A stretch of 64,000 bases of DNA from Perkinsus chesapeaki ATCC PRA-425 (taxonomy: Eukaryota > Protista > Perkinsozoa), in the NCBI GenBank assembly GCA_013115145.1, contig JAAPAO010000096.1, positions 1-64,000 on the forward strand, given 5' to 3'. Position 1 is the stretch's first letter. Each line of letters opens with the position of its first letter. The position numbers and the translations under genes are program-made. This document shows, in pieces, positions 25,400-38,500 of this stretch. Under the pieces are notes generated by a model, which saw nothing but the letters and a program-made list of their open reading frames with translations, was not told the DNA's origin and searched no databases.

Positions 25400-28300
25400 A
25401 AAAAGGCCGATATTCACTGACCGTGGGGTATATAGTAACAATTTAATACAGACCAAAGCGCTAATGTAGCTCAGAGGCCCTGACCGACTTCGTGTGATGA
25501 CACAATGCCAGCGTTTTAGAGCGCACAGAATCTGAAATGTGATCGAGCGCACCTTGTTCAAAAAAGACCTCCATCGGAAGACAAGAAGAAAGTGAACCTT
25601 CGTACGCCTGCGGGCATACAAACAATAAGGACTCGAAGATCCACTAGAAATAGTGTATTGATTGACATGATACTACTACTGTTGAACCCAACTCATAGGG
25701 ACATGGGCAAATACCCAAAACACACAGTACGATGATGATGATGATGATGAACAAAAGAATGAGTGAATTGGATACCACCAGCTACGCCAATACAGTATCT
25801 GAGCCATCGATTAAAACAAACCTTGTCACCGTCCTTACCGAAGTCGACCTCGGCAGCGGCAGTCTGAGGGTCATGCACCATAGTCTCCGACTCGCGGTCT
25901 GAACCTGAAAACCAAGGCACCTTCATCCGTGTATTGAAGTATCTATCGCACTGTAAAGGATATGTTGCAGGATCTGCTCGTGGGGAGCCACGAAATCATC
26001 CCCATCATCATCAAGAAAGCTCTCCTGCGGTGGCCCATATGGCGCCGCCGTCGCGTTGCATACATCTTCCCATGTCCCAGTTCGCCCAGTCCAGATCTCA
26101 AGAGCACGTCTGCAAACAAATCGATCATGAGGGCGAGCGCTCTTTACACCATCCAACCTATAGTCACTCCACATGCACTTTGCCTTGCCCACACACAGCT
26201 TCGGCACAACTTCTGTTGCGGAGCCGGTCGAGTAGAAATCCAAAAGGTTACCGTCAACATATCCTCCACGGTGCTGAAAATAGATTATATCTAATAATGG
26301 CGTGAGGCCGAAAATCTATTCGAGGCTCCGAATACGCCCGGATGCGAACCGGAGCTGGTTGGCGAAAAGTCAGGCTTAAACACTACGAATAGTCACCAAG
26401 GAGCCATCGGTAGGCTCTACTTGGTGAGTTGGTCCCGAAGTAGGCCAGTTTTGGTTTTCAGTAATACCCATCAGTAGTATTCATTATAAGCACCGCCATA
26501 TAACAAAGGCTCCGTAATATAAAGCATTACTCATCTGGCTCAGCACCCTCATGTCAGATTACCGTTGACAAGGGTTAATCGCTGTACACAATTTATAATG
26601 GTGCATGCTAGTATCACTTCATGCACTTGCGGGGGCAATCAGAAATCTAGAGATCCAAACTGTGGCTACTAGTTGGAGAAGAAAGCTTGTAAATATGAGG
26701 TCTCCTACCTTCTGTTCGGTCGAAGGCTGAGTCGGCTTCCAGAACTTCATCTTCAGCGAGGTCTCCGCAGAATCGTCGTCATCGTAAACCTGATTCGTAA
26801 ACCAATAACCATTCATCATCGGTCAGGTGATGGGGCACCTCGAATACAAACATACTGCCAGCAGGCAGGTCCTTCTTAACCACATCATCTATTTCAAGCA
26901 TCTTGGCTATGGCCATCATCAGCTCACGATGGTTCAGGAATACCCCTATCTTAAGCCGATCCCAATACTCCTCCGCAGTCTGAGAAAAATAATATCATAA
27001 CGGAACTCATCGTGAAGCTGGCCTGGCAGAATGATAAGACCGACAGATCGACTCAGGAATAGGTCGGAAATAAAACGGACACCAATCGCCCATGCAACTA
27101 TACTCAAGTACCCCGAGGATCCGAATGCCAGGGTAGGATCTTGGAATGTGCTTGGCATGAGCTAGAGTCCGTCCTAATGACGCCACTACTAGGACATTAT
27201 ATCATCTACAGAGTCTCAATTAGAGAGTATCAATGGATGCCGCTCAACCGCAAAGCGGCATCCAGTTTAGTTGTTCAACTGCATAGCTTTGGATCTTATT
27301 GTTAGTGACAGATGACAACTTAATGAATGTTGCCGAGGTAAGCCCCGATATCCCGTCGACTTCGGAGATGCTCCTGCTGTTATCTTACCATGCTCCATGG
27401 TTCATCAGCTTTCGACTCCTTCAGCATCTTCAATCCGATAGGCCAGTATAACCTAATAGCACCCATCAACAACAACAAAGCCGAGTCGGAAGCCTATACG
27501 TTGATTTGCTCTCTTCCGTTGAGTCCGGACGGCGTGCAAGGCGTAGAAGGATCTCCGGCATTCTGCCCATCCAGTAGGTCACCTACACACCATACGCCAT
27601 GACGCGTGCGTGCAGATGACTCCTACCTGCTGCTCTGTCCCAAACATTTCCTCCGTGACGAGCTGATGCGACAGATCAATGAACTGTTGGATAACGTCAT
27701 GTGACAGTGTGGAGTTTATGTCGTAATCTGACCGGCTCTGCTTTAGGGTTACACAGGTATGGCAGTATCACTAAAGCCGTCGACTAGCTTCATTCATACT
27801 GATGGGACTTTCACGCACACTTATCAAGGCTCCACCGCGGAAACGTGTGAGCGCACATATAGCGCATTACGCCGCTTTGGGCTGTGGCCAAAACCAAAGT
27901 CCATAGGCGCGACGTCAAGCGAGCTAAGTGGTCAACTAACTCGCTTGACTGACGCACCACCACTCCAGAGGTTATAGGGGGAGCTCCGCAGCCCCATATC
28001 TTTACACAAACTGCGTACTAGAATTGAACTTTGATGAGCATATTAAAAGGATTCGATATAGAACCCCTGAAGCCCCCTCCAAGTGGCGACTAAATGAGTA
28101 ATAGAAATACTGGGTAATCCAAGTCCCTGTCACCATGCTCCCTGGCTGTTCCCATGTCACCTACCTAGACCTTCATTTCTTGCAAAGCTGAAGGCATCAG
28201 CTATATTCTTAATTGTCCATGTGAGAGGCTTCTTGAAACTCGTCATATCCACCCCACACGCGGCAGACACTTTTGACAGGAGATCCTTCTGTTGTATCCG

Positions 28301-29331
28301 CAGTTCTGGAACGTGCTCAGCTTCCCTAAAAACAGGACATCATCCTCACACCTCTATCCTCTGCCTCACCATTTCTTCCGATCCTGTTGGTAGGTAGACT
28401 TACACGGACCATCCCTCGGCAGATTCATAATGGTATCGAGATTGTGCATGGTTGTCATTATCGGCACAATGTTAGGTCTGCTCTTGAGATACCCTGGCTG
28501 GCCTGTTCCCTCTGGGTAGAGCCCTTGGATCAAGGACTAAGGAGAAGGATATTTAATATAAGTCATCTAAATGATTATGTCCAGGAAGCCTAGCCATTAA
28601 GGTCTCAAAAGGAGAAAGGACTTATCAATATGATGTTGAGATCCAACAAACCAAACCACCTTAACCTATCCACGAGGGCCTGCCTACGGCCATAATACTT
28701 ATGTTGAAGAACAACGGTCATAGTTCGGCCCGAGTAAAGCACGCGAGCGCTTGAGCACAAAAACACATGAAGTGTCACAGAGACAAAGACAGAGTATTGT
28801 TAACAGATGAGCCCACTATTGATTATGTGGTCATCACGGCTCCCAGATGTGAGAACCTCACGGGTGAATCACTTACTAGGAGTGACGCAACGTTTCTGTC
28901 CATCCTCTCCGCGAAGAAGAACGAGCTTCCGTCATTGACAAAACCATTGCCAGATTTCGGCAGCAGATGACCATACTGTTCCCGCAAATAACTAACAATA
29001 AATCCACTCACAAAGGGAAGAAGACAAACACGGCCTACTTGCCACTCTCCCAGTTCTCAGCAAGACCGATTCTAGACAACGCCGCGCCGTACTTGGAAAA
29101 AACAGGCTCGTCGAACTCCTCTAGTTGAGCCTATCAACGAAGCGATTTGATCATGCCTTCAGCAGCCTAACAGATCCGTGCCTTCATATTGGGACAGAGA
29201 TAAGGGACCGGTGCGTTAGGCGCTCGGTTGCCATGCCTGGCGACTACGATAACCTTCTTCAGCGTCTCCTTGCCGGACGCTCTCGAAAACAGCGCTGAGC
29301 ATAGCCAAAGAAGGAGATGAAGGTTCAACAT
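25400..29331 (-). CDS. Secreted/lysosomal-type histidine acid phosphatase (clade 2), multi-exon; 3' end approximate
   Basis: Signal peptide MLNLHLLLWLCSALFSRASG, then VIVVARHGNRAP (RHGxRxP). The exon at about 26890-26990, GVFLNHRELMMAIAKMLEI, sits at the second catalytic motif position. A C-terminal C...WTGRTGTWEDVC pattern lies at about 26040-26200. Confidence 0.75.
27234..27264. repeat. Perfect 11-bp-arm hairpin with a 9-nt loop, probably intronic in the phosphatase gene
   Basis: tggatgccgct-caaccgcaa-agcggcatcca. Confidence 0.8.
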
Positions 29332-29626
29332 CGACCAAGACGGGAATCTAAAACCTGTCGAGTGAGATCGATATGATACCATCGGAACGCAAGTCGATAA
29401 AAAGGAATGAACGCCAATAGGCAGCACTTCAATGAACTTATGAGAGTCGATTAAATAATAATAGGACAAACTGAGGCAAATTAACTTAGAATATTGGATA
29501 GACGAATCCGTCCGGCGCTTGACCTGCGTCACTGCGCCATAAAATAGAAAAATATGCGAAACAGAAGCTACAATGTTAAAAGCAAAAGTACATATGAAAT
29601 CGTTGGAGTGCTCGCGTGCCATCATA

Positions 29627-30590
29627 TCACAGCCGATACTTGCCAGCCGAATGGCCTTTATTTTCGGCGAGAATCTCGGCAAGTTCTTGACTGGTCTCCA
29701 CTGGAGCAACTGACATCCTATCTTGTTCAATCCTTTCCGAGGCTAGCGAACCACGACTGCTCCTTTTCCTGATAGGAGCCTTCCCACTCATTTCGTGATT
29801 CAGGTTCAATCTGTGTATGTCAGTAAAATGCTCTGAATCAGTCAAGATAAATATCTTCAATAGGATACCGAAAAGTGTGAAGAACAGCTCCAACGAGGCG
29901 GCCATGCCGACCAGTAAGAACTCGTCGTAAAATCTGCTGTACTCTTTTTTAGTGACCAAACTGTCAGCTTTCCGCACAATCCTCCCCGGAAGCTCCTCGA
30001 GCAACGGGTATATGATAAGCGGATAGGAATCGGTGTACGCACAGTTCCGCGAAAAGACCTTCACATAGCAGTTGGCTCGCTCAGGACTGAAGCCGAACAC
30101 GCATCCCTCTAGCGATGTGGCAGCCTCGGCAATGTCGACGTCGAACATCCCAGAGCACCCAGCTTGAATGTACTGGCCACCAATGGTTCCAGACTCATCC
30201 ACGCAAACCAGCACAGAAGGATCGGATATGCCATCATAGACCTTTTCGAAGACTGTCATATCACTGCCACCGTCACCGGCACCCATTTTAATGGTCTGAG
30301 AGGGAAAACAGCATGACAGCGATGCGTGCCATTCGGTGGAGCTCACCTGAAACACTAGCTCTCTGGAGTACTTATAGTCATAGGAGACTGATATAATACC
30401 AGTATATGAACGGTTACCACCACGACTGAGAGACGACAGGATAGGATTGATGTACAACTAAGCTCGACGTGAAAAAGTAAATATAGGATTTTGAACAAAG
30501 AGCAAGAACAGTTGAGGGCACTATATGGTATTACGCGAGAAACGATAGTACCACACTGTGGTAAAAATAATGACCTAGACACTAGGGCCA
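29627..30590 (-). CDS. Hypothetical membrane protein with a Cys-containing domain and a C-terminal TM
   Basis: Long open frame 29627-30457 with plausible composition, hydrophobic FLLVGMAASLELFFTLFGILLKIFIL and a charged tail. The 5' end is uncertain. Confidence 0.5.
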
Positions 30591-30979
30591 TGTCTCTAGC
30601 ATTCGACCGTCAACAAAATGGAGAGCCCGTAAAGTGGATAATTACCTAATTATGGTAACGCATTCACCGTCTATACTATATGTCCCTGAGCACCCAGGAG
30701 CCGAGGGTGTTTTCTCGAAATAGTCATTAACGTCATTAAACCAAGGGTATCTGAGTAGATTAAGTAATCTCTTTACCAGACACACGTGTATGTTGCGAAA
30801 TCTGGTTCATCATTATACTGTCTATTAACTTATGCCACTCTAAGAGCGGAATCAAACTCGACAGATGTGAGTCACATCATATGACAGTGTAAGTGCACGC
30901 AGACGAATTGCAACCATTATCATCCTGGGAATGGTGGGGTTGTGGTAAATACCTCCATTCACGGAGGGGAGTTTAACGG

Positions 30980-33900
30980 ATTATATTACAAAATCGACTA
31001 CAGTAACTGTAATAAAGTTGATTATCTCTGATGAATGTTGTAATGTGTGTGGATGTATAACAATGATAAGTTCTGTGACAGCCACATCGGTTGCGAACCA
31101 CGACCAGGTGTCGCCAACATAGTGGATAGTGGAAACAAGTGTCACCGCCATTCCTATAAGTCCTGCCCAAGTCTAAGCCGTGGCTGTGTGACCCAATCAC
31201 ACTCGCCGCGAGTTGAACGCACACTGGACACTATTATTGCTCTGAAACATTTGCTGCCAGTACCAGTCGTCGATAGACATGGCCGAGACAAGGCCATATC
31301 TTAGAATGGCTTTCTTTTCAACCGAAGAGACAGATGCCAGTAGCTGAGTTGGTTATGCCAATGTCTTCGATGAAATGGTCGCCGCTTGCACTTGTACAAA
31401 AACATTACTGTTGGTCGAACTAGAGACCTGACAGATCTCTAGTTCGAACAGTTGAACAGGCTCAAGTACGTTTCTATTCGCAGACGAATTGTGTCTATTT
31501 GTAGTCTACAAATTGTGTAACTTGCGATAGATTGCCGCCGGCAGAGATACCTGCCTGGGGCCTGTGGGCCACAGGTCGTGGGTATCCACCGAAAATACTC
31601 TGAATTGAAGACCCAGCTTCCAGAGGCAAAGTCAGAGCGAGAAAAAATGTATGCTGTATCTCAAGAGTTCTGAGTTGAACCCAAAGAAGCCTGATGTCCA
31701 CTGGGAAGCCTCGAGTTAAACTCAGTGACTTCACTAGCGCAGAACCGGCTTTCATCCAGCGAATCGGGGTGCGCCGCCAGGCTTGCAACTGCGAGCTTCA
31801 TACTGGAAATACACCAGCTACGGTACGAAAAAATCATGGGGCAACTGTAACGAGAAGGAACAAGGGCCCGGCTAGCTGGGTAAAACATAGCTAACCGCAC
31901 CCAGAATGCCGCAAAAAGCCGGCACCCAAGATCCATTTATTGGATTTGCCCGAAAAACTTAAAAGAGAATCAAAGGTTGTTCGATGTGACACACATTAAG
32001 TTATTCCGCATTCGGCAACGACTACCGATAGATTGCCAAACTCACAACGTAAGGGCTCGGCCATATGGCGGCGACATAATGTCGTTACTAACAAAGGCTG
32101 CGGGATGATTGGGATTTTACATAGGATGCGTCTCGGCGAAGCGAATCCATATTGCAGACTTACATACAGCAACTGGGAACCACCCCATTTAAATGACAGT
32201 CCTCGGCGGACTCCGCGTTGAAGAGAAGGCACACTGAGAGACCAGAAATCACATCCGTACAAGTGAAGAGTGCTTCCTACGCGACAGGGAGAGAGCCACC
32301 AATAAGCCGCCTCGGAATATCGTTCGACTGTTGGGCGGCCATCGCCAGAGCACCACGCTGAATCTGACATGTTCCATTCAATTTCAGAATGGTGCGGGGA
32401 TGTATCTCACGTCGTTAGAGCTATGGGAGCAATAACTGAGAGCATCGCCACCGCAAAGGTAGTCCACCGCCCTTGTACAGCAGCAGCATTAATTTCAGAT
32501 AAATAGTAACTGTTGAACAGGTAGGCGACAAATGAGCAGAATACCTTACAGATTGCTAACGACGAGGGCAATTACAACCAAGGAGACATCATAGTCGAAT
32601 GGGGAGGAAGAGTCTGGATTTATGTCGAGCTCATCGCGGGGAACACCCCAGGCGAACGACGTCGACCTAAAAGGAGGATCCCCATGGTACCGGAAAGCTT
32701 CGAAAACGACTAAGAGAACCTGTCAGGTTCTCGCGATGTGGCAGGTCGTATCAGTGACCCGGTCAGGTTGACTGGTATGGAACAAGTTTCTACTGTACAC
32801 CGTAACGGTATAATGCAAACTTCGCATTTACGGGCTATGTGTGCATCAGATTGATCTCGTCACCACATGAGTTGTGCAGCCGGTCACCCAGTGGGCAATG
32901 TTGCTGAATCCGTTTATACTATTCTTTCCACTACTAGGCAAAGGCCAATTTGGTGTCAAGTTTCGCCCCTAACTCACCGTTTAATAAAGCTCTTCTTCTG
33001 AGGATGACGGTTTATATGCCAAAACCAGAGTAACAATAGAACCAATACTCCACCAGCTATTTGAAGGATCGACAATACATAAGGATATGACACAGTGACC
33101 CAACCCTCTTGGTTACGTCCAACAGCATGGTCAAACTCTCTAGTGAAGCAATACCATACAAATATAGCAACCACAATACCAACACCGACCAGCTTGAGGA
33201 GGCTTCGTGGGCGCAGATCCGGACATAAACCAGGATGCATATGATGCCCCAGTATTATTGCACCTGAGAGAAGACATCGGGATACACCTAAAGTGATTTC
33301 CGGATACCAGTATACAAATAAGGAGAGCCGAGAGGCACGTTGGAAGGCCCGGAGAATCGTATCCGAAGCACGGAAGTTTGGCTGTGTTCTCTGAAGCCCT
33401 GCGAGAACCAATCAAAACGGGGGAATTTGGAGGTCTACAACCCTCCAAATTGTCCCCGGCAGTCCGGTCCATCAGTTCACACTTCACCATATTGTCCGTG
33501 TTGTCCGGTCACGACAAACTTTCCCTGTGCTTCTGATCCCGCGCAGGGAAACGATCAACAAGCGTGAGGTACTTCCCAGGCGGCCTACCGAACATAATGG
33601 CACTGTGTGTCATAAACAACTGGGCGCCTGAACCGAATGTCCGTTCAACATCTGCATCGTCGCTTTTATCGTAAATGAGCACAAAGAACTCAGCCAGCTG
33701 CAAGCCAATAATTAGTATGATAACAGCAGTGGCGAGCAAACTGCGACGTCGAACTACCACAGGACTGTACCTACAGTAGAAGCGATGGCTGCACAAGAAG
33801 GATGAACAAGATAACATGGCTAAATAGCTTTACTAATGAATGGCGGCGCGTGAAGATTTTCCAAAGACTAAGGAAAGCTTTCTCTGAAAAAGCCAGTTTT

Positions 33901-34865
33901 GAAAATTGAATCTTCCTATCTACAATATGATAGTGAAGTGGGACTTACTCTAGCATATAAATTAGAACACCGCTCTTCACAATACTTTGCCATATACTCA
34001 GCACATGCGTATACCAACCAAAGGAGCCATCGACCATACGCATAATATTGTAAGTTATATAGCAAAACCATACGATAAATAAAAGGATGTGATCTGATAG
34101 AAAAGTCGTAAACCAACGCTTCACAAACTTCTCTCGTCTCAGATAAGCCACGCCTTTCCGCAATGTCTGGAAGACGCCCATACCATTCAGTTCTTCATGG
34201 TGCAGCAAACCATGCTCGTGAATCCTATGATAGTTCGGCTTGTAGCAGAAGAAACACACCACATAGAGGGCCGTAATGGTGATGACAGACGTGACCAACA
34301 ACACAGTCTCCAGCCGCTCACTCTGGCTCTTGCCGTCACCGTAGCTCGGGAACTCGGATTCCTTAGCGAACGAGAAGCATGCAAATACCAACACTTGCGT
34401 TGCGCCAAATACTAGAACGAGCACCACCAGCACATTCACAAATAAGCCTTGCACTCCTTCTTGCTTTCGGGTGTGCAGCTTATGCCTATGCCCATTAACC
34501 AGCGCCCACGGTGCGGTCTCGGGATACTTGAAAATCCTAAATGGTAGTAGCAACGTACACACCTTCGACAGTATACTGCGACACCGTCCTCGATCATCCC
34601 CCTCACTCTCCACAGAAGGCAACCGACCGGGCGGAGACCCCGGCAACGTCGGCGGAGTTTCGACCGGCGGGCCTTGGTCGCAACCTAGGCCGCCGATCTC
34701 CTGCGGAAGCTCTCCGATTCCAACCGAAAAGCGTACAGATCTTCGTATATGCGGATGAGCAAGTGGTGACGGAGGCAAGGAGGAGGAGGAGTCGGAAGGT
34801 TCTGGGATACCATGAGGGGATGGCAGACGAGGTGGGTCCATTAAATGAGTAACTTCACAGGACAA
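30980..34865 (-). CDS. Hypothetical multi-pass membrane protein with a Pro/Ser-rich N-terminus (spliced; may be more than one gene)
   Basis: 306-aa first ORF with a Pro-rich N-terminus and 2 TM segments. Further hydrophobic exons at 33509-33817, 32974-33411, about 32550-32700 and about 31050-31170. Confidence 0.55.
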
Positions 34866-35522
34866 CGTAACACATCACAGTCAGACGATAAATGTAGCAC
34901 GTGAAGGACTGACACACTCTCAGGTAACCTGAGCCAGGTTTTCCCTTTCATCCATAAAAAGCTGGGATGGAAATCATCATTCAGAAACTGCGTCTCGATC
35001 GTGCGGGCTACATCTGTACAATAACCGCCACCGAAGTCACTACGCTCCCTGACCCCTTCAATTCGAACGGGTCTACAAAACACATAGCGATATGGACCGA
35101 TAAGTGAGAGCGACTATGGAACGGCAGACTACAGAGCCTAAGTGTGATACAGAACCGAAGCCGGGACTTCCCACTTAACCTCCTGCAAGAAAATTACCAC
35201 TTGAAACGACTTGACAAAAGGCTTGTTTACTGAGACATAGAAACTGCAACGTTAAGAGGACATTCACCAACTCTATAGAGCCTTTCACCCACTCAGGAGG
35301 AATAGGCCACTGAGTGCATCGCACTCGATAGATTATAAAGATACGTCCGATACCATCTCTCTAACAACTGTGGGATAATATATTATTTCTCGATAACCTG
35401 TTCAACCTAGTAATGTAAAAAATTTAAATCCGCCTGAGCCAGTCGCCCCCCATCAACTGCCTCTGGTGAGAACTACTCATATGAATCACTAGAGATCGCT
35501 AACAGCTACAGCACGACCACAG

Positions 35523-38500
35523 TCAAGGTGATGCCATCATCCTAGCCGAGGCAGGATTCGACGGCAGTGCCGGTTTGGTCATATGTAGGACCCTATAGAA
35601 GCTATTAGTGGCCTTGATCATCCACAGTGTTGCCACACAGCCCACTAGCAGACAACCGATGTTAATGGCGAAGCTGGTAGAATAGCAAGCGGAAGAGATG
35701 CACACCTTCTTGTCTGTACACAAGTAACAATGATAATAAATACCTCAGACACCGGCTTACTTCCATCAAACGTAGATTCGCGATCATAGAGCCTGCCGAA
35801 GGTCAGCGACGCCAACAGAAACGAGCCCGTCACCTGAACCAGGATCATTATAACCAACATTCCGCCGGAAATGATCCGAGCATGGCGGGGAAGTGGTAAA
35901 TTCCTACCTGAGCAACTTGGGTGAGGGCGTACGTCGCCGCTAGATGACTTCGACCATACAGCTCTGCGCATATAGCTGCCATCAACGACCAGAATGTACC
36001 TGCGGGAAGTGCTCAGTACTTTGGGCTGAGTTAGCAGTTAAGTGAATCTAAGCTGCTTTGAGTAATCCAGTTCCCGTCCAAGCCACCTAAGGTCTCTTTA
36101 CAGGAAATGGCTCCAATAAGCGGATAACCGATACTGCTGTGAACTCGCCAAAGCGAGAACCAAAAAGGCTTTTTAGGCCAGAGTATTAGTCGACAGGCTA
36201 GTACCAGCCGACCGGCCACTAGGCAGTGCACCACTGCTAGCTGGGCACCGAAGAGCCAGCAGCTCAACCAACAAAGTAGACTGATTAAGCAGCTTACCAT
36301 AAGCCATGCCCACAATGGCACATCCGGCAAATACCAATCCTAGCAAGGCCAATATGTATCCGAAAATCATAAGTACCAGACCAAATAGCAGCGCCCATGG
36401 ACGGACCACCAAGGAGTCAGATACCCTCCCACTCAATACTCGTCCTGGAAGGAAACGAATAGTTCACTCTACAATGTGAAATTCTCACGCGCCTCATAAA
36501 TGCAAGCAAGCCACTGGTGAGAGAGGCGTCAAGCGGTGTTGGAATATAACATCATCGATGGCGTTTGGCTATGGAGTCCATAACCTAACATCATCGATGG
36601 CGTTTGGCTATGGAGTCCATAACCTAACATCATCGATGGCGTTTGGCTATGGAGTCCATANNNNNNNNNNNNNNNNNNNNNNNNNNNNNNNNNNNNNNNN
36701 NNNNNNNNNNNNNNNNNNNNNNNNNNNNNNNNNNNNNNNNNNNNNNNNNNNNNNNNNATAACCTAACATCATCGATGAGTGTATTGAAGTCTATTAAATC
36801 TAACTCGTCTTTTATCTATCATTTCATTGCTCTTAATAGTTCCAGGGATCTTGCAATATCCTTACCCGCAGCATTGCCGATTGATATCATGCTCACCATA
36901 CTAGCCACAGCACTCTTGCTCAGGCCAGCCGCCAGGCCTATTTGAGCCGAATTATTGATAACCGTCAGGCCACCGCCAAGACCAGTCAACAGAGCCACAA
37001 AGTACAACCAGAATACTCCAGTGAGCATGCTAGCTGGGCCCTGCCATCACATAATCCTTCCTAGCATTTTGGTTCTAATTACATTCTTAACGCATTTATA
37101 GCATCTCCTGTCACTAGTAGGCATCTCCTCCAAAGGCTCCTGCTCCAACATAGGGTCGCTCTTCGCCCTTGGATCACTCAACGACCGTACCTGAAACCAA
37201 ACACGGATGCCCACAAGGAACCTGAATAAGCCCCGACATGGTTACAGTAAATTTGACGGAGCACCGTAAAATTTCCCCTCTCAGCAAAGATTCAGAATCA
37301 TCATTTGAATAGGTTAGAGATATCATCATATTCTACACCTATTCGATAGGTACCCCATAAACACACGCCTCGACGATGGAGACTAACACCAGCAACTACA
37401 ATGTCAACAATTCCGGACGACGGCATTAAGGACTCGATATTCTACTCAGCCTCCGAATACTTCGAAAATCGAGTCTGAGCTGCCCGATATCTCAGTCGCG
37501 CTTTAACTCAAGATACTCTCAAGGCAACCCCCGGTTGTAATCAAGTTTCTGGGATTAATATGAGCCCCAGAAAAGCTGCGCGCTCTCACAAATGGAGCTA
37601 CTCCATCAAAGCTGCTAGCAAAAGTTCGTAAGCATCTGCCGCAGTAGCTCAAAACGTAAAGGCGTACTCCCTCCGACCGTTCCCTTCATTACGTCTGTCT
37701 TAACAGCTATTGGTAAGTAAAGTACAGTCGGAAGTATAACCACTAACGATGTGGTAAACCTACATTAACACTTACAGACACAAATGACGTCGAATGCGAA
37801 GAACGGACATTTAATAGAAATTTCACGAGAAATTCCGACCGATTTCCCACCGGAACCGCTCAGCATCACGCTTGCTTGTATCTCGCTAGTACGATCTTCC
37901 GTGAATCGATAAAATTAAATAGAAGGTAGTGGAAGGTTCTCGCGGAGCATAAGCGTTATGGCTCATCATCATATAGGCAGCTACATAGCAAAACACTGCA
38001 TTAGGCATTCGAACGATAACGCTTCGAATGTTCACAATTGCAACGGACGCCATTATCTAAAAATATTATTTCCGACCACCAACCTACGCCACAGCTCCTG
38101 GCAGCACACTAGGCGCCAGAGAGTAAACCGTGAGGACTACTGCTAATATAAGTAACATACCATACGATATAACAAAGCATCGATGATAGGCATAGTACCT
38201 ACCAACACGACAAGATCACAGAAAGGAGCGGTATGAAGATATTACTCCACGCTCACATCCTCGTGAACAACAAATATAAACCTACTGCCTATGGCGGCTA
38301 TGATGGGAGATGCTATGGCCACTGTGACGAGGAAATCAAGAGTATTATTGGAAAGGAATGTAGCCGTCACACACACCAGAAATGAGGCACCTGAGATATA
38401 GATTTAGGCAAAGGCGTACAATTTTTAATAAATCGTGGTAACAGATTGATAAAAATATTAACATGTGAAATCCAGATCTGACGCACATGATGATGATGGT

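Noticed and set aside
25923-26300. BAH-domain-like reading of DFYSTGSATEVVPKLCVGKAKC...DRFVCRR
   Set aside because: It fits better as the C-terminal Cys region of the acid phosphatase, whose exons run continuously into it, and no BAH N-terminal half was found.
26527-26540. Spliced-leader relic (catctggctca; also accgtagc near 34340)
   Set aside because: Matches of only 8-11 nt are expected by chance, and no full leader or SL RNA gene was seen.
36558-36945. Repeat-protein ORFs (MAFGYGVHNLTSS)n
   Set aside because: These are translations of an intronic minisatellite across an N gap, antisense to the MFS gene.
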